A DNA stretch of 63,281 bases, filler included, from Chiloscyllium plagiosum (GCF_004010195.1; 8 parts of one record of this genome joined end to end with filler, not necessarily neighbours in it); one strand, 5' to 3'; shown: positions 34,230-48,178, counted from the first letter of the whole stretch. Numbers and translations: made by a program. The notes: generated from the letters alone by a model not told the origin.

Positions 34230-36800
34230 ACAAGGGCACTTAGTATAAAAAGAGGCTGTAGTACAGGCCTCCCAAAAGTGAGCGTGAGGTAGAAGAGCAA
34301 ATACGTAAACAGGTTATGGAAAGATGTTGAGGCAATAGTGTAGTGGTGATGGGAGATTTTGTTCTTCCAACATTAACTTTGAAACACTTAGCGACAGACA
34401 TCTGGATGGTGTAGAAATTGTAAGAAGCGTCCAGGTGATGTTTCTCAGGCAGTTTGTCTATAGCCGATGAGGGAAGAAGCCATACTGGACTTGGGACTGG
34501 GGAATGAGCCAGGACAGGTTGTCGAAGTTGTGGCGTGGGATTTCTTTGGGGACAGTGACCACAATTCTGTGTATTTTAGCATACTCGTAGACAAAGGAGA
34601 GAGTAGTCCTAAGGGAAGAGTACTAAACTTGGCCAAGGCCAATTCTATCAAAATTATGCAGGCCCTCGGAAGTGTGTATTGGATGCAACTATTTGAAGAG
34701 AAGTCCACATTTGTGATGTCAGAGGATTTAAATATAGATTAAAGATTGTGCAGGATAGGCACAACTTGTTGAAAGCAAAGTATCGGAAGGGCAAGATTCA
34801 TGAACAGTGGATTACAGGAGGAATTTTACGACGAAAAGTGAAGCATGCATAAGGTCGAGGCAGCCAAGAGCAGAACGGGCCCTGGAGGAATATTGGAAGA
34901 GTTGCTCAAGTCTTAACCGAGCAATCAAGCGGGCTAAAAGTGGTCATAAAATAGTTTTGGAAGCAGAATTAAGGAGAATACCAAAGCAATTTTATTCATA
35001 TATAAGAAGCAAGCGGGCAAGTAGAGAAAGAATTGGTCCACGAAAGGTTAATGAAGGAAGACTGTGTGTCGAACCTGAGAGATTGGGTGAGATTCTGAAT
35101 GATTACTTGGCATCAATGTTCACTGAGGAGAGGAACATGATGAATCTTAAGATTAGAGATGGAGGTTTGGTTAGTCTGGATCACATTGACATAAGTAGGG
35201 AAGTCGTGATGGGGAGGCTTGTGATTATTAAGGTGGACAAATCCCCAGGACCGGTTAGAATGTCTGCTAGGTTGCAGAGGGAGTCTAGATATGAAATAGC
35301 TATGGCCCTGACAGATATCTTTGTGGCATTCTGAAATATAGGTGAAGAGCTGGAGGACTGGTAGTTAGCTATGTTGTCCCTCTATACAAGAAGGGTAGTA
35401 GGGATATTTTGGGTAAGGCCAGACCAGTGAGACTGACGTCGGTGGTGGGCATGTTTCTGGAGAGGGTACCGAGAAATAGGATGTATTTATATTGAGAAAA
35501 GAAAGTGTTTATCACTGCTAGGCAACATGGTTTTGTGCTGGGGTGATCGAACCTGACTAACTTAACACATTTCTTCGAGGAAGTGACCATGTTGATAGAT
35601 GAAGGAAGGGCTGCTTTGTACATGGACTTGTGTAAGGCGTTTGATAATGTTCCCTCTGGTGGACTAATGGAGAAAATGAAGTCACATGGTGTGCAGCATG
35701 TTCTAGTAAGATGAATGAAGAACTGGTTGAGCAAAAGGAAATAGAGAGTAGTAGTTGAAGGGAGTTTCTCGAAATGAAGAAAGGTGAACAGTAGTGATCC
35801 ACAGGGGTCAGTGTTGGGGCCACTGTTGTCCATAACACACAGAAATGATCCAGAAGAGGACATTGTTAGTTTGATCAGCAAGTTTGCAGATGACACAAAG
35901 ATCGGTGGAGTAGCAGAAAGCATAATGGACTGTCAGAGAATGCAGGAGGATATAGGTAGACTGGAGACTTGGGTGGAAAAGTGGCAGATGGATTTCAATC
36001 CAGACAAATATGAGGTGATGCATTTAGACAAGACTAATTCTAGAGCGAATTATACAATGAATGGAAGGGTCTTGGGAAAAGTTGATCGACAAAGAGATCT
36101 GAGAGTGCAGATCCATTGTACCCTAAAGATACAATGTGGATAGAGTGGACAAGTAGGCATATATTATGCTTGCCTTTATTGGACGGGTTATTGAGTATAA
36201 AAGCTGGCAAGTCATGTTAAAACTGCCCAAGACATTGATTCGGCCGCATTTAGAATATTGTGCACAGTTATGGTGCACACATTTCCTGAAGGATGTGGAC
36301 GCTTTGGAGAAGGTGCAGAGAAGGTTTTCGCGGATGTTGCCTGGTACCGAAGTTGCCTACTCCCCATCACGAGTAGGTTACGTTTATTTTCATTTAAAAA
36401 AAGAAGATTGTCAGGGATTGGATCCTGATTGAGGTTTATAAAATCATAAAGGGTATAGACTGGTGGATACAATAAGCTTTTTCCCAGCGTGAAGGATTCA
36501 GTAACGAGAGGTCACCCTTTCAAGCTGAGAGCTAGAAAACCTAAGGAGGATACACGCGGCGAGCACTTCACACACAGGATCGTCAGTGTTTGGATTGCTT
36601 TGCCAGCAGAGGTGGAAGAGGCAGGCACGTTAGATTCATTTAAGATGCGTCTGGACAGATGCAAGAGTGGGTGGGGAGCAGATGGATCCAGATATTTAGG
36701 AATTGACTGTCAGGTTTTGACAGTGCATTTGTATTGGCTCAGGCTTGGAGAGCCGAAGGGCCTGAATCTGAACTGCAAATTTCCTTTGTCCTTTGTTCCT
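34230..36800 (+). mobile_element. Degenerate CR1 LINE ORF2 (APE end, RT) and 3' UTR
   Basis: REEAILDLGLGNEPGQV, DKSPGP, PQGSVLGPLL, KFADDTKIGG, RPHLEYCAQLW; many stops and frameshifts. Confidence 0.93.
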
Positions 36801-38208
36801 TGTTCTTTTACAGAACTGACCCTGAATGTGTGCCACAACCTCGATTTTGACCAATTCGAATGAGACACTGCCTCAGTGTTGTCCCTGCGGCACATGGCTA
36901 CAGTTACAGCTTCAATACTGAAACTCTGAAATTAATTTCTCCCTAAGGACTGAACTTCTGAAAGTGCAGCACTTGCTCTCTACGGTTCCCCTCAGAGGGC
37001 TGCACCACCTCAGGACAATGACGCACTGGCTCAGTGTTGCCTGTCTGTCAATGAAGGAGTCCCTCAGACTGACGCTCATGCTGCTATACCTGTTTGTTGA
37101 CCTTGTGATCATGTGTCACTCCCTCAATTTTGATCACATTCTAATGAGGAACTGCCGGAGTACTGCCTGACAATAATTCACTTCCACAGTTCTGACCATC
37201 TGGCTGATCTGCAACGCCTCAATACTAACACTGTGATATAACTGGAATACCTCANNNNNNNNNNNNNNNNNNNNNNNNNNNNNNNNNNNNNNNNNNNNNN
37301 NNNNNNNNNNNNNNNNNNNNNNNNNNNNNNNNNNNNNNNNNNNNNNNNNNNNNNNNNNNNNNNNNNNNNNNNNNNNNNNNNNNNNNNNNNNNNNNNNNNN
37401 NNNNNNNNNNNNNNNNNNNNNNNNNNNNNNNNNNNNNNNNNNNNNNNNNNNNNNNNNNNNNNNNNNNNNNNNNNNNNNNNNNNNNNNNNNNNNNNNNNNN
37501 NNNNNNNNNNNNNNNNNNNNNNNNNNNNNNNNNNNNNNNNNNNNNNNNNNNNNNNNNNNNNNNNNNNNNNNNNNNNNNNNNNNNNNNNNNNNNNNNNNNN
37601 NNNNNNNNNNNNNNNNNNNNNNNNNNNNNNNNNNNNNNNNNNNNNNNNNNNNNNNNNNNNNNNNNNNNNNNNNNNNNNNNNNNNNNNNNNNNNNNNNNNN
37701 NNNNNNNNNNNNNNNNNNNNNNNNNNNNNNNNNNNNNNNNNNNNNNNNNNNNNNTTGAACCTGTACCGTGCCACCGAAGAGCAACAAAATCCCCTACCCT
37801 TTCTTTCCAAAACCGGATTGAGTATTCACTGACGAAAATATAAATTAGTAGGACAGCTCTGCGGTCTGACATCGTCAGTGGAGAGAAAGCAGTGTCAAAG
37901 CTTCAGTAGAGAGCTATACATAGGAAGGCTCACTCAATCCAAAACATTAACTCCGAATCCTCTTGTGCTGTAATTCTTAATTTTGTCTCTGATTTACAGC
38001 ACTTAAATTTAATTGAGGGTTTATTTACATTAATCTAACGTGCATACGCTTAGACTGGATGACGAAGCTGGAGTAGCTGGAAGGAACCCGCGCGCGAGAA
38101 CGTGCAACCTCCACACATTTAGTCTCTCAAGGCTGAATTCGAATCCTGGCTCCTGGCGCTGAAATACAACAGCGTTAACGACAGAGTTGCCCCAAAAAGC
38201 AAACGGTT

Positions 38209-38270
38209 TTGCTGATGGGGAAATAAACCTCTGACTCGCGCGGTAACAGGCAGAGGTACGACACAGGACT
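38209..38270 (-). pseudogene. Third tRNA-Asp-like remnant
   Basis: Minus strand ACCTCTGCCTGTTACCGCGCGAGTCAGAGGTTTATTTCCCCATCAGC versus ATCCCCGCCTGTCACGCGGGAGACCGGGGTTCGATTCCCCGACGGGG; adjacent to a CR1 fragment like that at 4990-5490. Confidence 0.45.
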
Positions 38271-38274
38271 TCTA

Positions 38275-38790
38275 TGCAGAAAGATTTCCCTCAGCCTCTG
38301 TGTTGGTACTAAACAATAACAACCGCTAAAGTATCCACACTTGTCATTTAAGTCACTTACCCGAGAGTCCTGTATAATTTGGCATCACAAATTCCCATCT
38401 GAACGGTTCTTAAATTTAGGAGGGCTTCTGACCCTTGATGTTAGTTCCAGGTTCCAAACACACCATAGCTCAAAACGTTACTCAAACCTTACTGCCTCTT
38501 AACTCAAATCTATGCTCCCCAGTGATTGATATATTCATCAACGAGAAACGTTTCTTTCAGTCTGCCTCATTATTTTGTACATCTCAATCTTGTATCCTTT
38601 CAATCCCCTCTGCGCAAAGAAAAACAATCCCACCTGCCTAAACTCTCTTTATAACTGAAGCTTTTCAATTATACATTATCCTGATAAATCTCTTCTGCAC
38701 GGTTCCAAGTGCTGTCACATTCCTGCAGTGATGTGAATTTTAGAACTGCTCACAATACTCTCGCCTAAGCCGAACGAACAAATGATATAA
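38275..38790 (-). mobile_element. CR1 3' fragment paralogous to 4990-5490
   Basis: CTCATTATTTTGTACATCTCA is shared (5273 and 38566); both end at GCCGAA(T/C)(T/G)AAC. Confidence 0.65.
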
Positions 38791-38933
38791 ATGACGCAGA
38801 AAGCCACAGAAAATTTTCCAATATTATTGATTTTGCTCAATACTGCCCTATGTCCTTTTTATAAAATCATATAATCCCTACAGTGTGGACATAGAACGCG
38901 TGGCCCAGCAGGTGCACACCGATCCTCTGAAGA

Positions 38934-41900
38934 GTAACCCTCCCTACTCAATCTCCTTCTCTATTATCCTATAATTACCCCTAATTAATGCACCTCATGT
39001 ACAAAATACCGAAAACGATAGGTAATTTAGCATGGCCATTTCAGCTAACCTGTTAAAAATCAACAACACCAGGTTATAGTCCAACTGTCTTAATTGGAAG
39101 CATTAGTTTTCGGAGCGCCGCTCCTACAACCACCTGGTGTTGTGTGATTTTTAACTTTGTACAAAAATGATTAGGGCACTATTAAGTGAAAGGTGTATCA
39201 CGGAGCAACTAGATGGAAAAAGTGATGCAGGATATCAATAATTGGAGAATTCATGGAAATATAATTAAATTCCAAGTGGGTGAAATGGGGCAGGATACCA
39301 CTCAATGGGAAAGTTGTTGCATTTCGATATATTAGAACATAGAACATTACAGCCCAGAACAGGCTTTTCTGCCCGCGAAGTTGTTCCGATCTGTGGAACC
39401 AATCTGAAACGTATCTGTCCGACAATATTCTACTTTCATCCATATGTTTATCCAAATTTTGCTGACATGGTAAATGAAAGAATTAGTGCAGAGCGGTTAA
39501 GCCCATATCAAGTCACAGAGATGTAGAACACGGAAACAGATCTTTTGGTCCGACTCATCCATGCCTAAATAGAAGAATTCTACCAGCGCGACACCATAAG
39601 GGAAGAATATGAGAATTTGCAGCAGGTCAGTTAGGAAAGTTGGAGCAGTGTAGCAGTAAATGGGAGAACTGGGACAGGGCAATACTTGTCAGGAGAATTC
39701 GAGCTGAACACCCCTAAATAGGAAACTTGGGCTTGGGAACCTGTCATTTTTCAGAGAATCACTTAGCATCTCTGGCAAGTCAGGAATGAACTCAGACAAT
39801 ACACAGTTCTTCACTTGTGTCCCTCTGACAATGAAGCACTCCCTCACCGTTAAACCTCTGACAGGGCTCCAATACCTCAGTATTATTGTTTCAATTGTGA
39901 AGTACTCCCTCATTTCTGACACTGTTTAAATAAACAATGTCTGATTATTGACGCTTTGTTACCCCTGCACTCCCTCAGTTCCTCATTGGAATGAGGTAAG
40001 AATACATGATGAGAGGATGAGGACAGAGGCAGTACCTCGTGAGAGGATTTGTAGTGAGCGAATACCTGCATTTCAAAGCACCAATGCCAAAATTCCTAAA
40101 TACTCGCTCAGCTAATTACTTTCTTCAGTACTGCCTCTGTCTTCATGAAGCAGCCTTCAATTCTGACATCATTACACTGATGAAATGCGTGTGTGCGTTA
40201 ATAAGAGAGCGTCAATCCTCAGCCAGTGCCTCTTTGTAAGGGTTCGGAAACGAGGAAGTGCAACATAATTCGAGGATTACTGTTAAGATACGGAAACTCT
40301 GCGAGAATGTTCGGACCGAAGGAATATTTCTTTGCCAGATAGTCAGAAATGAAGAAGTATTTCAGTCCTATGGCAGTGACTTTTCACAGAGTGAGTGTTA
40401 TGGAATTGTTTCAGGATTCACTGAGTTTACCACAGCCCAATTCTTCCATTCAGAGATGCTCTACTCCAAATTTCCATTATTGCCTTATCCCAATTATCTC
40501 ATTTATTGTTATACTGTAACACTCCTCCCATTATCTGATGTCCTGCTCCAAATTCTCAAATTCAGAAAGCTCGAGCACAATGTTTTCATTTAGCAATTCC
40601 CTGCAACGACACTCCCTTTCAGTGGTACGCTGCCAGAATTTTTAAGTTTAGATACGGACGAGTTGAAATGAATAGTAGTTTCGTGCTGTACATCTCCATG
40701 ACTCTACTTCGGGCTCTCTTGCTTTCCACCAATTCTCACATTCACCAATCCTGCACAAATCCTCCACCTGGTGAACTGCAAAATTACCCCATTATTTGCT
40801 CCCTGATGCACATCTTGCAGGTAATCGTGCACTTCTCACATTTTTTTTAAAAAGTCATGTATTAAAATCTCCACTTCATTACTTCTTTTGCAACATTCCT
40901 CTTATTCACTGATTACCTGCTCGTGTTCTCCCAAACCATATGCTCTGCTCCAATCCTCTCTGTTACTGGCATCCCACACAAATTTTCCACTTTTTTCGAT
41001 AACGTGAAAAAGAACTTCGGGCTCTCCTGCTTTCCACCAATTCTCACATTCACCAATCCTGCACAAATCCTCCACCTGGTGAACTGCAAAATTACCCCAT
41101 TATTTGCTCCCTGATGCACATCTTGCAGGTAATCGTGCACTTCTCACATTTTTTAAAAAAATCATGTATTAAAATCTCCACTTCATTACTTCTTTTGCAA
41201 CATTCCTCTTATTCACTGATTACCTGCTCGTGTTCTCCCAAACCACATGCTCTGCTCCAATCCTCTCTGTTACTGGCATCCCACACAAATTTTCCACTTT
41301 TTTCGACAACGTGAAAAAGATCCGCACTAACTGCTGCCCTACACAATTCTCCCATTTACTGATCTCCCATTTGGGTGTGCTCTGCTCTAATTCTCCCATT
41401 CAGTATTATCCTGTCCAAAAGCTCCTATTTAGAGTTGCCAGTCCTCTCATTTATTGTTGCAGTACGACATTACATCCCCCGAAATAATGAGACACTCCCT
41501 CAGTTTTTAAACTCTGATAAAACGGCAATACCTCAGTATTGAACATTTGACAATGATGCATTCCCACAGTTCTGAATATCATTGCTTCAATATCTCAGAT
41601 AATGGGAAAACCCGTGCAGTGTAAGTTAAAATTGATAAACACAGAGGCAGTACGTCGTTGTGTTACAAACATGCAGTTCTATCTTAGGGTCAGTCCGGAT
41701 TGTCTGAGTTATTGTCAAAGTTTCCGCAATGTGGCAGTGGCCCATTGTCAGAGAATCTTTTCTGAGGGACCGCCACAGTTTTAGAAGGTCAGCCGTCACG
41801 CATTGCCTCACTGTGAGGGAAAGTTGAGAATGTGCATCAAAATTACATGGTCAGTATTGGGTTTTGCAAGGCCTCATTAGCAGAGGTTCAAAACGACGAT

Positions 41901-43138
41901 GTGCCTTCTTGTCATGCATTCATTCCGAAGCATTCCACTTTGTTATCAGATTATGTCAGAGGCAGTACCTCAATGAATTGTGGTCAGAACTGAGGGAGAG
42001 TAATATGATTAGAAGGTGAGGGCTGAGGTATTGAAGCTCTATCACAGACTGGGAGATTTGGGAATGTTTTATTATCGGAGGGACAATACCGACACAGTGC
42101 CTTATTATAAGTGTGTCAAGAATTGAAGGAGTTCCACAATAAAAAGTCAGTCCTAAGGTATGCTGCACTGTCAGAGGGTCAGTTCTGTGTAAAGTCCTCA
42201 TTATCAGATGGGTAGGACTGAAGCAGAGCCTCATTGTCAGAAGGTCCGTTCTGAGGCAGTTTCTTATTGTAAGGGGTCAAAATTGAGTTGTTGCCACACG
42301 TTTAGAAATGGCGTCTCATTGTCAGACGGTCAGAAATGAGGGATAGCGTTACTAACCGTGGTCAATATGAACTGCTGTCTCAATATAACATGGTCAGAAT
42401 TGGGCACGATTTTAGGATCAGTGGTAGACGGTTAATACTGACCCATGAGTCTCATTTAAATAGAGTCAAAGTGAGGGATTGCGACAGTGTCAGAGATTCA
42501 GTTCTGAGGCAGTACCCTTATGAGAGTGTCATTGCTGAGGCACTGGCCATTTTATAAGAGTTCAGAATTGAGCGAGTGCTACCAAATTAGAGGATGTTTT
42601 TTTCTGCACTATCAGATCTTCAACACGGAGGTTAGTGCTTCGGAGTCAGATGGATAGATATGTGAGAGTGCGTTACTGTCACTGGTTAGGTTCTGAGGCA
42701 GCGACTAATTGCTGGAGGTTCAGTTGTGAAGGAGTGTCTCAATTGGTAGAGGTTCAATACTGTTGCGGTGCCTCAGGTATTAGAGTTGTGGCCGTGTTTG
42801 TATTGAGAAGGTCAGTAATGTGGTTTTGCAGCACTGTCAAACAATCAGAATTGCAGGACGGCACTGTGACAGTCTTCCATTTACTGATGCCCTGCAATAA
42901 TGTTCCGCATCTGTTCCACTTCGTTCTGTTCTGTTGCTGTAAATTATTCGCCCCTTGCACCACATGGAACAAAGAAATCTAACTGACTGATATCATGCAT
43001 CATATTTCCTACAGTATTTCCAGACGTCCTGCTCCAATTCTTCCTTTGAATATCTCTCTGCAACAATTCTCCCACTTATTGTTCACTGTTTACAGTTCAA
43101 ATATTAACTGCATTTAGTGGTGGCATGGCCCAGTTCTC
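38934..43138 (+). repeat. ~4.2-kb direct segmental duplication, copy 2
   Basis: Lacks the HE1 SINE; carries an internal ~308-bp tandem duplication (40706-41013 / 41014-41320). Confidence 0.95.
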
Positions 43139-43618
43139 GATCTCTTCATATTCAACTGCCGCCGCGACATTAACCACCTCAGCCTCTCCACCCCTCTTAC
43201 CCACTCCAACCTCTTACCCTCGGAACGTGCAGCTCTCCACTCCCTCCGTTCCAACCCCAACCTCACTATCAAACTGGCAGACAGGAGAGGCACGGTAGTA
43301 GTTTGGCGCACCGACCTTTACACCGCTTAGACGAAACGCCAGCTCGTGAACACCGCCTCCTACTGCCCCCTTGACCATGACGCAACCTTCCACCACCAAA
43401 CCATCATCTCTTAGACCATCCATTACTTGATCACCTCAGGGAATCTCCCATCCACCGCCTCCAACCTCACAGTCCCACAACCCCGCACCTCCCGATTCTC
43501 CCTCCTGCCCAAAATCCACAAACCTGACTGCCCCGGCCGACCCATTGTCTCAGACAGCTCCTGCCCCAACGAACTCATCTCTGCATACCTCGACACGGTC
43601 CTGTCCCCCTTAGTCCAA
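43139..43618 (+). mobile_element. Penelope-like element pre-RT/RT N-terminal fragment
   Basis: SERAALHSLRSNPNLTIKLADRRGTVVVWRTDLY...PRTSRFSLLPKIHKPDCPGRPIVS. Confidence 0.88.
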
Positions 43619-43718
43619 NNNNNNNNNNNNNNNNNNNNNNNNNNNNNNNNNNNNNNNNNNNNTTAATTAATTAANNNNNNNNNNNNNNNNNNNNNNNNNN
43701 NNNNNNNNNNNNNNNNNN

Positions 43719-44370
43719 GATCTTGCATTTTGGAAAGTCAATACAAGGTAGGAATTGCACGGTCAATTGTAAGGGCTAAGTGGTGCGGTGGACCAGAGAG
43801 ACATTGGAGCATTTGGAGTACTCAGATCGGAAAGATATCATTAAATTGGAAAGAGTGCTGAAGAAAGTTGTCTGGACCTAACGGACTGAATTCTCGGGAG
43901 AGTTTTAACCAGCTCGGACTTTTCATTTCCAGTGTAGGAGAATGAGAGCGGATCTTCTAAAAGAGTGCTGAAGAAAGTTGCCTGGACCTAACGGACTGAA
44001 TTCTCGGGAGAGGTTTAACCAGCTCGGACTTTTCATTTCCAGTGTAGGAGAATGAGAGCGGATCTTCTAAAATTGTATGTGATCACCTCGAGCATGGGTA
44101 AGGTGAAATCTCTCAGTCTTTTGCCAAGATTTGTAGAATTGAAACCGGGAGGACATCCGCTTATGGTTAGAGGGGAAGGAATAAAAGCGGAACCTGAAGA
44201 GCATTTTTTTTTTAAAACTGAAGCTGGTACACGGATGTGCTGTCAGTGGATAGAGTTGAGGGCATGGGGTAAATTAACACTATTTGAAAAGCATTTGGGC
44301 AAATTTATTGATAGGAATGAACGAGAAGGATAAGGGCGAAGTGCAGAGAGATATAGTTAGAGTGGATGGA
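43719..44370 (+). mobile_element. Degenerate CR1 3' fragment containing a 110-bp tandem duplication
   Basis: ILHFGKS..RKDIIKLERV..RMRADLL..GGHPLMVRG; AAGAGTGCTG... repeated at 43851 and 43961. Confidence 0.75.
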
Positions 44371-44399
44371 CATTTAAAAGGCGGAGTTAGAATTCCTCT

Positions 44400-46290
44400 T
44401 TTAATAAAACCAGAGCACTTCTTTCTTCGAGGTTGTTGGTGGAAATCCCTCAATGGACTTCCTCTCTACGTTCCTTCTGGTCAACTTTCAATGTCCAATG
44501 TAATGCCTCAAGAACGTTGCCTCTGCCTTCGCTAATCATGTTTTCTTTAATTTTATTGTCAGTTATTCTTCTTATAATCATTTAATGTGTTCTGCCAACT
44601 GTAATATGTTACCTTTCAATCACTTGCAAAAGATCACTACATCAGGCAAATACATTGTCTAATGTTTATATCTGACCACAATTCTGTGCATGAGTCTTTG
44701 AAATGTGGCTGGTGCATTATTCATTGCAAAGATCATCACTTTCAATTGATAAAGCCCATTTGGGTAACAAATGCAGAAACTTGTTTCCCTTTCTCTGATT
44801 AAGGGATCTGCCAATAACCATGCCGTAAGTCCAACTTAGTCAGATGTGGGGCTTGTGAAACTATATGTATGCCGTCCTCCAAACTTAGTGTTGGATAGCA
44901 ATCCTATTTTCTCGCAGCGTTGAGCTTCCGATAGTCCACACAAATTGTTGAATCATGTCAGGTTTTGGAAATAACAGAATAGTGCACTTCACTCTCTCTG
45001 ACTCAGTTCAATGATATCTTCATGGAGAATCACATCCACTTCCTCCTGGAACTGTGTGGCTTTGAAAGGATTACACTTGTGTCGTTGTTGTTTTTTTCAC
45101 ATCAGTATTCTCTTATTCCACCTCATGCATAATCGTGTAAGTCCACCCATTATTTTTCTCGATGTGTCTTTACATTGATGCAATTAATAGTCGTATTCTT
45201 TGCTCCTGTAACGGTTAGCTCACTACCCTCTCCCACTCCTCAATGAATTACTACTTATTTAAATATTTTGAGGCACAGCGAACTTCATGACATCTGGATT
45301 TGCTTCCTAACTCTGCAGGGCTGTACGTAACGCCTGTTTCGCCATTTTCCTGTCTCTACTCTAGTAAGGTTTCAAGATATGCACATGACATACTCGATAA
45401 ACTTTTTAAAAAAATATCCGGTATCTTTGTCAGATAGATTAACTGACACAATTTCGATTTTTTTATTTGGAAGGGATCACTAAACCTGGTTTTGTAGAGG
45501 TTTGCTACCAATATTGGCAATACTAATACGTCACCCCAACGGATAAACGTCAAAGTTTCAGCGTTTTGATTTGCACCTGCTTCATTCTATGTTATGCCAT
45601 CTTCTGGAGCTATTTTCCTAACTCGCCTAAACAATATTATCTCTCCATGACCTCACATAAATAATACAAGTGTGAGATCTTTGACTTCGGTCCTGTCAAT
45701 CGCTGTTTAATTAATTTCAAAGGGTCTCTCACTTCATATCTGAATATTAACTAAAAGGGGAGAATTGAGGAGGCATATCTAATGGCAGACAATACAAATG
45801 TGATACCTTTATCCCAACCATTCAGACAATCTTGACAGTATGCTGTTAATATGGTCTTCAGTGCCTGATGCCAACTTTCAAAGGCTCTCTGGTAAACAGG
45901 ATGGTAGGCACTTGATCTAAAATGCTGAGGACTTATCTATGCATGATTCCCTTAAATTCATATTCTTTGTCCGACGGAATCTCTCTGGGCAGCAAATACC
46001 GTAAGAAGAAAGCTACCAACTCCTGTGCCAACCTTTTTGCCTTAACACTGTCCATTGTTTTCTCTTGGGATATCTGGTAGACACGTCCATTATGGTTAAC
46101 AAGTACGGGTTCCCAATTTTAGTTTAGAAAGGGGACCTATACAATGAATCATAACCGCCGTGAAATGTACTTTGAATTCAGGAAGTAGCAACAAAGATGC
46201 TAGTTTTTACTACTGCCTGTGGCTTACCTAATATTTGGAATGTATGACATGCATGGCAAAAACTAACACAGCCTTGCGCATTCCAGGCCA
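44400..46290 (-). mobile_element. Gypsy (Gmr1-like) pol relic: integrase upstream of RT
   Basis: IN core FRSSAYHPVYQRAFESWHQALKTILTAYC..WDKGITFVLSAIR (~45780-45930), GPY/F-like WGDVLVLP..RFSDPFQIKK (~45460-45545), then RT CVDYRKLN..TKLDLRHGYWQIP..NAPATFQRLM (~44620-44980). Confidence 0.8.
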
Positions 46291-47724
46291 TTAAAAGTGC
46301 GTTTGTACTTTAGCAGAAATCTTCCATACACGGAGGTGCCATCCTACAGGGGTTCAAGAGCTACCTGTAACACTTCCTGTCAGTATGCTACTAGCAATAC
46401 AATCTGGTGTGCTTCTGCTCATTTCTCCTCTGCGCTCTGCAGTTTCATTGTAGGATTCTATCATTCAGTTAATACTGCAAGAAAATGCACTCTGATTCCT
46501 TTTCTGCCCCCTCTCTCTCTTTCTGTGTGTGTGTGTGAACATGAAACAACACCTTTTCACAAAATCAAGACTTATTTTTCTTAACTACTTACTATCTGAC
46601 GCCAAATCTGTAAAAATACATGCTGCTCCAATAATCCACTTATTAATATTTACATTCACCTAATCTCAACACCACGCAGTCTCTGTCTCCTCCCCTGTCT
46701 TCAACCTTTCAGCTGCTTTTCTCCCTGGGTCCACTTACTTCTTTTTAACTGCAAGTACGTTTTACATGAAAAGTTATCTTTGATAGAGAGTGTTTTGTAC
46801 TTTCCTTGAGACCAAGACTTTCGATGGTCAGATAGTTCACCGGGTTTACAAAACTTGCTCCGCTGATCGATGGTATTTGCTCTCCCTCTTATTTTCAAAA
46901 TACCGGATTTATATTCTCCCTATGACACATTGAATTCTTATAACGATTGGTTTCCAGGTGTGTAAATAATAACATTCTGCTTCCAATGGCTTCAGGTATC
47001 ATGGATATGATTAAAACAAACAACCAAACCTCAGGTATCCATTTGACAGCTAATTGTTATATCTGGAACAGCCCGACCGTAAGCGAGCAGTTGTGGCTGT
47101 ACTTTGAATTGAGCAAACCAATCGACATTGTAATAGGTCAGCATGGACACGTTTGCGTACTTAAGACTTAATGACTCATTCACGACTGCATGTTTTTTTG
47201 TTGACTCATGATCAAGGACATGAAGGCACTTTCGAACAACCGCATTTCCGAAACTCGCACCAACTAAGCAATACAAAATGAGATCTCTGCTATTTGTTAA
47301 TCACCTCCAAATTGACCTGGACCAAACACTGATGCATGTGATAACCCGAGAATAACGGTCTTCAGTCCAGGAACGGCCCTGCTTTCTGTATTGTGTCTGC
47401 TACCAATACAATCCATTTGTATATCAGCTGTACACATCAACTTCCGGACACCTGCCATTAAAGACGTCAAAACTGTTCTGCAAATTCATTTACACTGCTC
47501 CGACTGGGTCTCATTTGTGTACGCCTCAACAAGTACAAATTCCACAGTTTTCCGCAATGGTGATTCCATTTCCTGAAGCTCAGCTGACTGCCAAGTCATG
47601 TCATGATTCCCAACCCCCTTGTCAATTTGTCGCATTCCAAATAACAGATTACAATATTTTCCTCAGCACAGACACCAAGCTGTCCAATATTTAAACTTGA
47701 TTTATTTTCCATCCCTGTCCAATA

Positions 47725-48077
47725 CTCATATACAAGCTACTAGACTAGGTGGGATTGAGGTTCACAAGGAGGAGGTATCACAAATCTTGAAGCGTGTGAA
47801 AATAGGTAAATACCCTGGGCCGGATGGGACATATCCTAGGATCCTCTGTGAAGCCAATGATGAGATTGCCGAGCCTCTTGAAATGAACTCTAATTCGCAA
47901 TTGTCTACAGGAATTGTGCCAGAAGATGATGTGTAGCAAATGAGGGTTCATTGTTTAAGAAGGGGAGTCGAGACAACCCAGGTAATTATAGACCAGTGAG
48001 CCTTACTTCAGTTGTTGGTAAAGTGTTGGAAAAAATTATAAGAGATAGGATGTAAAATAATCTAGAAAAGAGTATTT
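47725..48077 (+). mobile_element. CR1 ORF2 fragment
   Basis: KIGKYPGPDGTYPRIL..LFKKGSRDNPGNYRPVSLTSVVGKVLEKIIRD. Confidence 0.85.
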
Positions 48078-48178
48078 NNNNNNNNNNNNNNNNNNNNNNN
48101 NNNNNNNNNNNNNNNNNNNNNTTAATTAATTAANNNNNNNNNNNNNNNNNNNNNNNNNNNNNNNNNNNNNNNNNNNNG

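Noticed and set aside
23742..37872. Long ORFs full of X
   Set aside because: Artefacts of translating N gaps.
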